Of a stretch of DNA of 64,000 nucleotides, positions 26,098 to 38,429 are shown one piece after another. Position numbers and translations under genes: made by a program. Every line of letters begins with the position of its first letter. Within the stretch, counting starts at the first letter, position 1. The notes under the pieces were generated by a model. It worked only from the letters and a program-made list of their open reading frames with translations. It had not been told where the DNA came from and searched no databases. This stretch comes from Polymyxa betae A26-41. Lineage: Eukaryota; Protista; Endomyxa: Phytomyxea. The stretch spans positions 124,001 through 188,000 of the forward strand of contig RBZT01000751.1 of the NCBI GenBank assembly GCA_003693705.1. Direction: 5' to 3'.

Positions 26098-27522
26098 ATG
26101 TCAGTGCTTATAGAGACGTCGATCGGCGACATTGTTATTGACCTTTTCTGTGAGGATTGCCCTACGACCAGCAAAAATTTCCTCAAGCTGTGCAAGGTTA
26201 AGTATTATAACGTCTGTGTGTTCCATAAAGTCGACACTGGGTTCATTGCCCAGACCGGAGATCCGACCGGCACAGGCTTGCATGGAGACTCAATCTTCGG
26301 CTTGCTATATGGATCTAAGGCCAGATTCTTCAACGATGAAATAAAGCCTAATTTAACACATAAAAAGAAAGGTAATTCCTAGCATTTTTTCGCTTCTGTT
26401 CTGAGAATCTTTGCTGCAAATGTTAATACTTTTTTAACCGTGTTTGTTAGGAACAGTAGCTATGGCATCCGCTGGTCCCAATATGAATGCGAGCCAGTTT
26501 TATATTACTTTAGCAGATGACCTGGATTATCTTGATGGAAATCATACTGTATTCGGAGAGGTTGCCGAAGGCCTCGATATTCTTGACAAACTCTCCAAAG
26601 TTTTCGTCGATGACAACCACCGACCTTTGAAAAATATTCGCATTCGCCATACTGTAATTCTGGACGATCCGTTTCCTGATCCTCCCACCTTGGTCGTCCC
26701 CGATCAGTCACCGATCGCTCCTCAAGATCGCCTCGATGAAGATTATATCGCCAGCGATGATGAGCAACTAGATGCTGAACTGTCGAAAAAATCTCAGGCT
26801 GAGATAGAAGAAGAAATCGCCAAGAAAGAGGAGAGGAACCGCGCCGAGGTCCTCGAGATGCTCGGAGATCTTCCCACAGCTGATTTCATTCCACCTGAGA
26901 ACGTACTCTTTGTCTGCAAGTTGAATCCAGTGTAAGAACAGCTCGATATTTTAGTTTTTTTTTGGTTTTTAAACTGGTCTTTAGCACTACTTCAGAGGAC
27001 CTCGAGCTCATTTTCTCTCGGTTCGGCACGATCAAGAAATGCGAAGTTATTCGAGACTGGAAGACGAACGATTCACTGCAGTACGCCTTCATCGAGTTCG
27101 AAACCGATAAAGAGTGCGAGCAAGCGTATTCGAAGATGGAGAACGTCCTCATCGACGATCGCCGCATTCATGTTGATTTCTCGCAGAGTGTGGGTGGATT
27201 ATGGAACGCATGGCGCCGTGGCGACCAAATGGACAAGAATGACAGGCCTGGGAAGTCGCAGCTTCACTTGAAGCGCACAGGACCAACACCAAATCCGAAG
27301 TATCAGATGGTGTTTGACAATTCCAGCTCGCTCAAGAAGCAGACGAAGATGCATCGGTCTCCGTCACCCAGGCGTCGTCGCTCTATCTCTCCAAAGAGGC
27401 GCCGATCTCCATCTCCTCGACGGCAAAGACGATCACGATCACCTGATGGTAGCCGCAGGAGACTGCCGTCATCATCACACCCTCGACGTCGATCGCGATC
27501 CCCCGATCGGCGAAGAAGGTAA
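26098..27522 (+). CDS. PPIL4: Cyclophilin-RRM-RS protein PPIL4/CYP59
   Basis: [70 protein letters not shown] tail. Confidence 0.95.
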
Positions 27523-27665
27523 ATCATTGTTTCGGTTTCACTGGAATAAATAAGACAGAGATTTCTCTGTTAGCGAAGCTGTAATCGATACTGTTAACGG
27601 CGGTATTGAAACGACCAGAATTCAGTTTTTCAGCCAACGTCAGGCGATCCGTCAAGTCTTAATTC

Positions 27666-28358
27666 CTACCAGGGTATGATTTTGCCGCTATAATCGATCA
27701 TCTTGCCAGTTGTTTTCTCATTCAACTCGTCGATTCGTTGCATCAACAACTTCGCGCACGAATCGGAATCCATATTTCCGTTTCCCTCGGTCATATCGGT
27801 CTGCACATAACCCGGATGTAGAATCCCTACGAAGATGCCGCGACCTGCAAAATACTGGCTTAAAGAAACGCTCAACATGTTCAGTGCCGTCTTCGACGCT
27901 CGATATCCATAATAGCCGCCTGAGGTATTGTCGTCTATCGAGCCCATACGAGAAGTGATCATGACAACCTTAGAGCCCTGATGCAACGATGGCAATATGG
28001 AGCGAGTAGCTCGCATTGGGCCGAGAGCGTTGATATTGATCTGCTTGGCGATGTTTTCTTCAAAAGCCTCCTCCTTTTCGAACGAAGCCGGATCTTGTCG
28101 AATCAGAATTCCGGCATTATTGATCATAACATCAACTGGGACATCGGGGCCAATTAGATCACGCAGAGGCGTCTTTAATGGCTCTCCGACGTCGACATCA
28201 GGAATGATGGTGATATTCGGCTTTTCCTTCGCCAGCTTTACAAGATCATCGGATGCCTTGCGGCACACAGCAAACACTCGGTCGCCGCGTGTGGCGAATA
28301 CCTTGGCCAAGGATAGGCCAATGCCTCGATTCGAGCCTGTGATCACCACATTCACCAT
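27666..28358 (-). CDS. Short-chain dehydrogenase/reductase (CsgA/C-factor-like)
   Basis: TGSNRGIG, INNAG, SRMGSI, YRASK, LHPGYVQTDM; intronless. Confidence 0.93.
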   Translation of the reverse strand: MVNVVITGSNRGIGLSLAKVFATRGDRVFAVCRKASDDLVKLAKEKPNITIIPDVDVGEPLKTPLRDLIGPDVPVDVMINNAGILIRQDPASFEKEEAFEENIAKQININALGPMRATRSILPSLHQGSKVVMITSRMGSIDDNTSGGYYGYRASKTALNMLSVSLSQYFAGRGIFVGILHPGYVQTDMTEGNGNMDSDSCAKLLMQRIDELNEKTTGKMIDYSGKIIPW

Positions 28359-28613
28359 ATGTGAGACGATTATGAGAAAAAACCGCGCTCACCTTTCAGA
28401 TAGTGTTGTTATCAATAGCCACTCAATAGGAAAATAATCAATCGAACTTCAGATTTTTGTGTCAATGCTCCCTGACACAACCAGTGGTTTTAATACAGTG
28501 AAGAAAAAAAGGACAGAACATAAACCTATAGCCAACAATTCAAATCTCTGAAATTTTGTAAACTTCGCAAGGTAGTGATGGTAAAATTATAGAATAGGCA
28601 CGCCTGATACCGA

Positions 28614-31600
28614 ATGGATGTTGATGAGGACGCCATCGACATCGTGAGTCTTTCCAAACAGTTGCGTTTTTTGATTTTGAGTTTGAGCTTGAGCAATACG
28701 GAGTCCGTATCGTCGTTGTTGGCGAAGACAAAGTATCTATTGGCATCATGGCGGATTTCTCGGTCTTCGAGGCGGCGGTTCAGACCCAGCCGCTCTCGGT
28801 CGGCGCGTGGATCCGCTATCTCGATACGCAGCGAGACTATGGTGCATCGCATGACCAGCTCTGGCGTCTGTATGAGCGCGCCGTCGCCGCCCTACCGCTG
28901 TCGTATAAAATCTGGACGCGATATCTACACGATCTGTCGTTGGCCGCCAGAAAACGCCCAATCGATTGCGTTAGAGAGATCGCAGCCGATACCATTTTCG
29001 CTTTTGATCGTGCTGTTGCTTGCCTGCCTCACTGCCCTGTCCTATGGCTGCTGTATGCGAAATTTCTATGGCAATTCGGTTTGTGGTTTTCGATGCTTTT
29101 GCCGCTGAAATTAACTCTACCGAAAGGTTTGGTGACAAGATCCAGGCAAACGTTCGATCGAGGTTTGCAATCTGTTCCCGTAACACAGCATCATATCATC
29201 TGGGAGCGCTATTCGAAATTCGCTTCGGGCGAGTCGGCAATCAACGCTGTTATTCCTGCCAAGATCCCAGCGGAAAGCGCCGTTCGAATCTTTCGTCGTT
29301 ATATTCAGATCGAGCCGCAAGCTCGGTCGTTGTTTCTGCAGGTGTTACGACGACGAAAGCGCTATTCGGATCTGATGGCGCTGCTGGCTGATGTCGTTAG
29401 TGACGAGTCGTACATCCCCGACCCCGATGTATCTCGGCTGGATCTCTGGAACGAGCTCTGTAAGCTGCTGGTCGAGCATGCTAAAGATGTGCCTGATTCG
29501 CTCTCTGCCGAGGCTATATTACGCGCAGGTCAGATTCCCTTTCGCTCTCTGAATCGCCTGTTTGCTGACGCCTCTCTAGGAATGCAAAAGTATTCTGCTG
29601 AGACGGGCTCGCTATGGGTCGCATTAGCTCATTACTACATTCGTCTTGGGCAATTCGAAAAAGCTCGTGACATATTCGAGGAAGGTTTCGAGGCGGTTCA
29701 GACTGTTCGTGATTTCAGTGTCATCTTCGATTCGTATGCGAATTTCGAAGAGAGCATGCTGTCTATGAAAATGGAGTCGAACGAAGATGACGGATTGAAC
29801 GAAGCCGACGATGATTTCAACATCGATGCCGACGATGTTGAACTTCGCCTTCTTCGTCTTGAAGTAAATTCCATTTTTGAGGCAACTCTTGCTCGTGCTC
29901 AATCCTCCACAGCATTTGATGAATCGTCGACCTCTTCTGGTTAATACCGTCTTGTTAAAGCAGAATCCTCATAACGTTGCCGAATGGCTTAAACGGGTTC
30001 GCATCGTCGGCGAGAACGATGATGTTGCCGCTGTCGAGTACGTCCGAGTTCTTCAATATGCTTGATGCTTTCTAATCGCAGAACAACAGGGTCTTTGCAG
30101 AAGCCACCAAAGTGATCGATCCGAAAAAAGCAGATGGCAAACTAAGCTCATTATGGATCACATTTGCTTCCCTGTATGAGAACAATCAGGACCTTGATAG
30201 CGCGCGTCATGTCTATCAAAAGTACGTTTCCATGCCGCTGCCTTCGCTTCATTTCTAAGGTGACCTAGTGCCGTCGCCGTCCCATATCGTACGGTCGATG
30301 AACTGGCCGACGTCTGGTGTGCATGGATCGAGATGGAACTGCGACGCAAACAGTTTAAAGCTGCGCTGGCGCTTTGCCGAAGAGTCACAGCGAGCGTTCC
30401 AAACAAACGCGAGCGTGGCAAAACCGATGCCCATAAACCCGTCCAGCAGCGTGTTTGGAGGAGTACGAAGCTCTGGTCGCTTTATCTCGATCTTGAAGAG
30501 AGTTTTGGAACCTTGGAGTCCGCCAGAGCTGCTTACATGCAGATGATCGAAGTTAAAGTTGCCACTCCGCAAACAATCTTGAACTTCGCATCGTTGCTAG
30601 AATCGCATCGCTTCTTTGAGGTACTATCACCGTACTATGCTTTACTTTTACTGAATTGGTTCATGTAGGAATCATTCCGCGCCTATGAAATGGGTTTAGC
30701 ACGGTTCGAGTTTCCTCATGCCATGCCGATTTGGAAAGCATACCTCACGAAGTTCATTGAGAGATATGGCGGGAAGAAACTCGAACGTGCTCGGGAATTG
30801 TTCGATCAAGCCATCGCCAAGGCCCCTGCTGATGATGCGAAGGTAGTTGCTGATTGATCTGTTCTTCGAGTCTGTGATAACATTACTTCAGGTTTTGTTC
30901 CTGTTGTATGCCAAGCTCGAAGAAGATTATGGCTTGGCACGACACGCTCTAAAAGTCTACGATCGCGCATTGCAGAGGGTTAAGGATGATGATAAGATCG
31001 AGATATTCCAGATCTATGTCACCAAAGCATCGGAAATGTTCGGAGTTGCCAAGACTCGTGAGATTTACGAGAAGGCTATTCAGACGGTTCCGAGACAACT
31101 CGTACGATTCGTGATAATGCAATACGCCCAACTGGAACTGAAGCTCGGAGAAGTAAACAGTTTTCCCAATATGATGCTTTTACACTGCTAACTTGATGTT
31201 TAGATCGATCGTGTCCGGGGTCTCTACAGTTATTGCAGCCAGTTCTGTAATCCGAACATCGACCAACAGTTTTGGGACACGTTCCATCAATTTGAAGTTC
31301 AGCATGGTAATGAAGATACATTCAGAGAAATGCTGAGGATTAGGCGTACTGTTGCTGCCGATATGGTGAGCATTCTTTTTTATCTATCTCAAGTTTTAAT
31401 CTTTGATTTTTTAGGCACAGAGTCATTTCGTTCAGTCCGCCGTTGCCCAAGCCCAAGCTCTTGCAAGCGTCGCACAAGGCGAAAAGAATGTCCAAATGCC
31501 TGTTAATGATGTAATGCCGCATAACTGTGAATTCAACAGAAGCATGACTTTTTTGCAGTTGGAATATCTGGAGATGGAAGCTTCCCTAACGGCACCAGCC

Positions 31601-31783
31601 GCGCCCAATCCGGATGAGATCACTCTGGACGAAGAGGAAGAGAAGGATGAAGAGCCTGATATGGAGATCGAACAGAAGGCGATTCCAAGCGAAGTGTATG
31701 GCAGCGTTAAGCCACCGCAGGAGAAAGAAGCGCCTCCTTCGAAACCAATGGGGGCACTGGCTCGATTCAAAAACAAAATCTAA
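28614..31783 (+). CDS. SYF1: Pre-mRNA splicing factor SYF1/XAB2
   Basis: LYERAV..LP.SYKIW, LLKQNPHNVAEW, LWSLYLDLEESFG, YGGKKLERARELF, FEVQHGNEDTFREMLRI; start may be 28748. Confidence 0.93.
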
Positions 31784-31890
31784 ACTAAAAATCCTATACC
31801 ATCCTCCCACTCTGCTTATTACCCGACTTGCGATTGTCTTACTGCTCAAATGCTCAAGCGGAATGTGACAGAATGGGATATCGGGAGTTG

Positions 31891-31904
31891 GGAACATTCC
31901 AGAG
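31891..31904 (+). promoter_or_regulatory. Putative heat-shock element upstream of HSP10
   Basis: gGAAcaTTCcaGAG matches nGAAnnTTCnnGAA with one mismatch, ~120 nt upstream of the HSP10 ATG. Confidence 0.45.
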
Positions 31905-32018
31905 GTGTGTTGGGGTCGTGGGCTACACCACGACCCCATCCTATGTTGACAGACGCACTTGTCTTGCGCAGTCCGGTTCCCTTTTCATTTCGATTCTCAG
32001 CTCGCTTTCTAAAACATC

Positions 32019-32381
32019 ATGGTAAGGATTCCAATGGCTTGAGCCAATGTTAGATGTTGGCCTAAACGTGTTTGACAGTCGTCCGTTGTCTCCAAGGTTA
32101 AGCCCTTGCTCGACCGTGTCCTGGTCAAGCGCATCGTCGCCGCCACTCACAGCCCCGGCGGTGTCATGTTGCCGGAGTCGGCCCAGAAACACCTGAACCA
32201 GGGCGTTGTCGTATCGGTTGGACCCGGACGATTCACCAACGAAGGCAAGCGTGTCGAACCCTCTGTCAAGGCTGGCGACACGGTTCTGTTGCCTGAATAC
32301 GGTGGCAGCACGGTCACCATCGACAAGGAGGACCTGGTCCTTTACCGGGACGAAGACCTGCTCGGCGTAATTGAAAAGTAA
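32019..32381 (+). CDS. HSP10: 10 kDa chaperonin (HSP10/CPN10)
   Basis: ATG|intron 32022-32078|SSVVSKVKPLLDRVLV..GGVMLPE..VGPG..VKAGDTVLLPEYGG. Confidence 0.95.
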
Positions 32382-32483
32382 TCCACTTTTGTATCTAAAC
32401 CTATTCCATTGTCAATGACTAAAAATTTTCCGCCTTTGTGCTACGAATGAGTGAGGTCTTGATAGCGGATAAATCTTCACAGT

Positions 32484-33555
32484 ATGAAGTCGAATGTTGA
32501 GCCCATCATCCGTGCTGGATTCGCCGAGGACTTCGCCGACGTCGGCGACGTTACCACATTGGCCACCATCCCGGATACCTGCGTCTGCCATGGCACGCTG
32601 CTGGCCAAATCCCCGGGCGTCGTCGCCGGCTTCGAACCTTTTCAGACCGTCTTCGATATGGTCGGTCCCATCTGTTCCAATGAGCCATGACATTATAATG
32701 CTTAGCTCGATAAACGTGTCGAATGCCGCTGGAACGTGGAAGAAGGCGCCAGAGTGACTGCTGGCACTGTTGTAGCTCACATCTCTGGGCCAGCTCGAGC
32801 TGGTAATCATTTTTGAGACGAAGCAGTTGGTCGCAGTAGAATTTTCCATAACAAAAAATGCAAAAAGAAACGTTTTCGGTTTGTTGAGCCGTTGTCGTAG
32901 TTCTATCAGGTGAGCGTTTAGCTCTAAACCTGATACAGCGAATGTCGGGAATCGCGACCAAGACCCGGTTGATGGTCGATGCGATTGAAACGACCGGATC
33001 TCGCACCGTCTTGCTCGATACTCGTAAGACCGCCCCTGGTCTTCGCGCTCTCGACAAAGCTGCCGTTGTGATCGGCGGCGGTCGTAATCACCGCCATGGC
33101 CTTTACGATGCCGTCCTTATCAAAGACAACCATATCGCCGTTGCCGGAGGAATCGCCGCCGCCTTCGATCGCGTACAAAGGTTGCTGATCTTGTAGCTTT
33201 ATCGCTGTCTGATCCTCATTGCAGGTATCTGAAGGAGACGCGGCGCCCGATGGAGATTGTCATTGAAGCGCAGACGTTAGCTGAGGTCGATGAAGTTCTC
33301 GCTTTAGACGACGGCGTCACCCGAATTCTTCTCGACAATATGATTCGGATCGATAACGGCGTTGTCAACACGACCATGCTGGAGGCGGCGATCGCTCACA
33401 TTGGCGATCGTATCCCGACAGAGGCCTCTGGCAACATCACCCAGGCAACGGTCGGCGCCGTCGCTCGAACCGGTGTCGATTTCATCTCGAGTGGTGAGCT
33501 GACGCATTCGGTCGTGGCCATGGATCTCTCGTTAAAGATCGTCATCGATCAATAA
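32484..33555 (+). CDS. QPRT: Quinolinate phosphoribosyltransferase (NadC)
   Basis: [70 protein letters not shown]. Confidence 0.95.
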
Positions 33556-33583
33556 AACCAGCTGGGTACCAATCTGATCGTTA

Positions 33584-34003
33584 ATGGAGGGCGGCGATCA
33601 GGCCCGCCTGCGCTCCTTCTTAGGCGAACTCGGCCATGAATTACGTCAAGCCCGCAACGATTTCGACGAGATCAGTCGTCAAGCCGATCTGATTCTGATC
33701 CAGAGCCCTCCGCCACCACCTGACAAACCCAACCTGTTGCGAAAGTACATCGAACCGAGGCGAACGTTGCGACGCCGATCGTCGACGACCGTTCGGTTTG
33801 GTGATGAGTTCGAGCAGCTGAAAGCGGCCATCGCACAGCTCGGTGATACAAACTCAATCGAGGCGGTCGAGCGAAGAATGCGCGAGGTGAACGATCCGTT
33901 CACGACGCAGATCGCCTGCGAACGGCGACGGATGCAGCTGGCGGCTGGCGCCTGCATCGCAGCTCTGGGCCGCTTACAGACCTGCATCGAGAAGCAGAGA
34001 TAA
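33584..34003 (+). CDS. Hypothetical helical/coiled-coil protein
   Basis: 139-aa ORF exactly filling the gap between QPRT and MVD. Confidence 0.55.
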   Translation: MEGGDQARLRSFLGELGHELRQARNDFDEISRQADLILIQSPPPPPDKPNLLRKYIEPRRTLRRRSSTTVRFGDEFEQLKAAIAQLGDTNSIEAVERRMREVNDPFTTQIACERRRMQLAAGACIAALGRLQTCIEKQR

Positions 34004-34017
34004 TTTATTCGATAAAC

Positions 34018-35229
34018 TCACGACACAATCGGTCCAGGGCCGACCTTCGTCACGATCATCTGCTGAACGCGACTGCCGCTGACGAAGACGTCGTTCGCCG
34101 TCGGCCGTAGCTGCGGCAATAAGCGCAGCGGATCCCGGACCCATTCGTCGACGGCGGCCTCGATCGGGCGGAAACGCTCCAACAGAAAGGCGGCCAGTTC
34201 GCCCAGGTCACGGTCGCGCGCGAAAATGCAGGCATTGGGGCCGGCGTCGAACGTGTACGCAGCGCGAACGGCGCCGTCGTTGAACCGATGGACGGCGTCG
34301 ATGATGGCGTGCGAGGTCGAGTTCAGGTAGAAGATGGGCGGGTACGTATCCGCGCAGACCGCATGGAACTGGTTGCTATCGCGCATGGTCAGGACGGCGA
34401 ACGATTCGAAATCGCGCAGGCCGATGGCGCGGCGGAACGCCTCCATCCGTTCGGGAACCACGACCTCGGCTCGATGGCGCAGCAGCGCCGACGTCGACGT
34501 CGATCGCCGCATGCCGACCGTACTGCCGACGGCTTTCGCGGCATCGCTGACGACGAGGATCAAGACGCGCAGCTCGGGCCAGTACGATTCCGGGACGACG
34601 GGGACGGCGACGGACGGCGTCCGGCGCGCCCATTGGACGAATCCGCCGTGCATACTGCGGCAGGCGCTGCCGGAACCCTGGCGGGCGATGGCGGAGATCT
34701 GCCCCGGGTATTGCTCGCGACATTCGTAGAGCTTACAGAGAGCGGCAGCTGTGAGGTAGGGTTTGGGTTGGGGTGATGGGGTCGGATTGGGTCTTACTCA
34801 GGCAGGCGTAGCCGCTGGCTGATGAAGCCAGACCAGCCGCTGTTGGGAAATCGTTGCGGCATTCGAGATGGAGCTGGACTCGAGACCAGTCGCCGCCAAT
34901 CTGTTCAGGACAGACGCCGGCGATAGAACGACATTCTCGTAGTACCGCTTGCAAACGAGAATTCGACTCAATATCGACCTCTCTGACGACGATAATCAAA
35001 CCGAGAAAAGCTTATAAAAAATGCCATACTTTCCGTTGAGAGTCATTCGATGAGATGCGAAACGATCTGATGCTGTGACAATGATAGAGGACGCCATACA
35101 ATCAACATGGAGTGTGGCGCTGAGCGAATCATGAAGTGGGATGACGGCGTCCTCATCCGATTTGCCCCAGTATTTCAGGACGGCCATGTTGATCGGCGCC
35201 CGGCATCGGACGACGATCTCTCCAGACAT
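34018..35229 (-). CDS. MVD: Diphosphomevalonate decarboxylase
   Basis: APINMAVLKYWGK, FPTAAGLASSASG, ARQGSGSACRS, DSNQFHA, YTFDAGPNA; introns incl. 34749-34797. Confidence 0.96.
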
Positions 35230-35412
35230 GTCGGAAATGCGGGCGTCTTGAGGACCAGCGCCGCCAACACGGTTCGTGCCCGACCGGATCCAATCTGATG
35301 GCTTTGATAGGAAGGGGCGTCATGGAGCGACAAACGGCTGTTTCATTGACAAAAAAAATCTTTTTTTGTTTATTTTGTATTTTTTCGAAAAATTGCGCGT
35401 AAATATCTCCTA

Positions 35413-35559
35413 GCGGCGACCTTGCGATGGGCGCCGTTCCCATAAAAATTACAAAACAAATGTTGATATTTTTTTGAACAATTGCGGCGATTTTCTCATT
35501 GCATTGGTGAGCTGTTTTCTGGCGTTTACTGCGGCGACGTTGCGATGGGTGCCGTTCCC
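35413..35559 (+). repeat. 29-nt imperfect direct repeat duplicating the ERV1 start region
   Basis: 35413-35441 vs 35531-35559, 27/29 identical. Confidence 0.85.
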
Positions 35560-36191
35560 GCTCCCGACCAGGAGCCATGCCGGATTTGCGACGACATGAA
35601 GGATTTCCTGGCGAAGCGTGGTTTCAGGCTGCCGCCACCCAGCTCGCCCGCTCATGTATGCCGATGGTTCGCTCGAGTCGGGGTGCTAACGGCCGGACCA
35701 GGACGAGAAGGTCGACGATAACGCCACCAAGGTCCCTGATCACAACACAGGCGGCGGCGGTATCGTCGAATGTCCATTAGATCGACCCACCCTGGGGCGG
35801 TATTCCTGGGCGATGCTGCATACAATGGCGGCCTATTACCCAACGAATCCGACCAAATCGGATCAGACCGCCATGACCGATTTCATGCATCGATTCGCCC
35901 AGGTAAACGAAAAGCACTTTCTCATTCGTTTGTCCAACTGATCTGTTCTTACCGTCATTTGTCTTTTGTCGTTCGTTTTTATTCATTCTTTGTTGGCAGT
36001 TCTATCCATGTGCGACCTGTGCTAAACATCTTCGTCAAGATTTGAAATCGTATCCGCCCGAGACCACCTCCCGCCATCTGTTCTCGCAATGGATGTGCCA
36101 GCTGCACAATCGCGTCAATCGCCGCCTCGGCAAGCCTCTTTTCGATTGCAACAAAGTCGAGGAACGGTGGCGTACTGGACCGCCCTGCTAG
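35545..36191 (+). CDS. ERV1: Erv1/ALR FAD-linked sulfhydryl oxidase (absent from ORF track), 3 exons
   Basis: Spliced: [31 protein letters not shown]..|[31 protein letters not shown]. Confidence 0.95.
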
Positions 36192-36240
36192 TTCCATCTG
36201 TCCGAACACGTATTACATATTTTTCTAATTTATCTGTTTG

Positions 36241-37907
36241 TCACAATCGTTGCCTGTCGTGTGCATTCGGCGTCGCTACGGCGACTTCGTAGATCGGCGG
36301 CGGCGGCCCTTTGTCGACGGAGAACGACTCCATCTGGACGGCCTTCGCCAACTCGACCTGGACGACCTGCTCGGCGTGATTGGGCTTGCTGAGTCGTTCG
36401 GGAATCCCCAAGTAAACAACGATGGCTGCGACGACGGCAAGGATGGTCAGGAATAGGAACGGAATGCTCTTCGTATGGTTGGTCTCAAGCAGGATGAAGG
36501 CTATCAAGGTCACAAGGGCGGTCTGCGACAGGCTGGCGACCGACTGCGACAGGCCCGTGATCGTCGTTCGGCATCGTGGCGGGCTGGCGTTGTTGACAAG
36601 CTGGGCGCCTCCCGTCAGACCCATCGACAGGTTGATGCCGCGAACGGCGAAGACGGCGACCTCGGCGGCGTGTCTCATCGTGGTGTCGCCGATCAGCGAG
36701 GTCAGATAGGTGGCCGGGACCGTTAAGATCATCATGCCGACGGCGAACTTGGTGACCTGGACAACAGAAAAGATACCGCAGATGTATGGGTAGAGAAATA
36801 AGGTAAAGAGCATTCGGACCAGACCTAATGATGGGCCAGTTCAGGCCAGAGACATTTCCGGTATGTCGACGTCAACATACCCTGGACGGAGAAGAGCCAT
36901 TTCAAAGACGGCCGTTGTACTGTCTGTGTGATGATCACGTGATCGGGGGCCTAACAAGCAGGTAAACCCTAAAAACCCTAGAAACCCTAAACCCCAGCGA
37001 ACCTGTAATAACAGCGTGCATGCCGAATACGAGATCGCCGCCAGGAAGCAGAGTTTGTAATCCCAGAGAGTCCGTCCCAGGCCGTGCGCATGTTCGCTCC
37101 AGGTCCTCGGAGGCCGTGGCACGTCGACGACGACGCGGGCCGGCGGCGGCAGATACGGCAGGAACACTGCGCACACGAGCAGCGTCACCCACGTGATACC
37201 CGACACGATCCAGCCCGTGACCGCCGCCGAATTGTTCCCGATCTCGTTCTGGTCGGGGATCCAGGCGCAGAGCGGCACCTATAAGGAATCGGGGATTGGG
37301 TCCATCGGTTGGGTCCAGTACGGATCGCGGCGTAAGGGCGCGCGTCCCCCCCGGCGGTCGGTCGGTCTCTTACCATGGAGACGGCGGCGCCGAACGCCCC
37401 GATAATCAGCGAGTACGCCCTCGGCTGGTTGCTGCTGTTGCTCGTACGACCGGCGTACGCGCGAGTCAACGTGACGTTGGCGCTGATACCGCTGAGGACG
37501 CGGCCAGCGATCGCCCAATCCAACGTCTTGGCCGAGGCCATCACACCCGTCCCGATCGCCTGGAACAGCAAGCTCGTTAGGACCCCGAATCTCTGCCCGT
37601 AATATTTGTCGCTGTCCGAGAACACGGGATCAGTACGGTTTGGAAACGGCCGACCGGGTCCGTACCAGATCTGGCCCCAGAACAAGTTGGCGATGCCGTT
37701 GGCGGTGAGGAAGGCGGATCCGAGTCTGGCGCGCGTAAGCGGATGCCCGAAATCCGTATTGAGATCCTCGAGATGGGCGAATACCATATTATGGGAAAGG
37801 CCTTGGGCGAACATGGCCAGTACGAGACAGATCGGAATGCGGATATCATTGGCGAAGAGCTGATCCATAGGGAGGCGATCGTGATCGCTGTCGTCATTCC
37901 GCCGCAT
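36241..37907 (-). CDS. MFS transporter (DHA1/ZIFL-like)
   Basis: WGQI..D.YYGQR motif A, AIAGRVLSG, multiple TM segments, multi-exon. Confidence 0.8.
36964..36995. repeat. Degenerate telomere-like tract inside MFS intron
   Basis: aaaccct aaaaaccct agaaaccct aaacccc in intron 36951-37002. Confidence 0.85.
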
Positions 37908-38099
37908 CGATATGTTGATAGAAGATAAACAGTTAGAAAATAGAACGGGCTACCCCCTTTCTGGCTGGATGGAATTGATAGAAGGCCGATCGATAACTTT
38001 GATTAATTTGATTCAAGTTGGGACTTGGGGTGGAGGGTCACAGCACTGCAACGTGGATGCGCACCACGCGGATCTGAAGTCGGCCTCCTGATTCGAAGG

Positions 38100-38429
38100 A
38101 CGCGGTGATGGGCTCGATTTGGGGTGGCGGGGTGAGACCAATAGACAGAGGCAGGTCGGATCTGTTGATGATGGAACGCGGTGAACGAGTCAGAGCTGGC
38201 ACTGGAACCGCAGGGTTGCGCCCGACGCGACAACGTGTTGATTGGAAGACGTCAAGCTGAACGCGGTGACGGGCTCGATTTGGGGTGGCGGGGTGAGACC
38301 AATTGACAGAGGCAGGTCGATCTGTTGATGATGGAACGCGGTGAACGAGTCAGAGCTGGCACTGGATAGCAGGGTTGCGGCCGATGCGACACCGTGTTGA
38401 TCGGAAGACGTTCAAGCTGAACGCGGTGA
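38100..38429. repeat. Two tandem ~160-bp units with recurring ACGCGGTGA
   Basis: Units start at 38100 and 38261, a third start at 38421; near-identical with few substitutions/indels. Confidence 0.9.

Noticed and set aside
36964-36995. True telomere or assembly junction
   Set aside because: Short, degenerate and bounded by valid splice sites with continuous coding sequence on both sides
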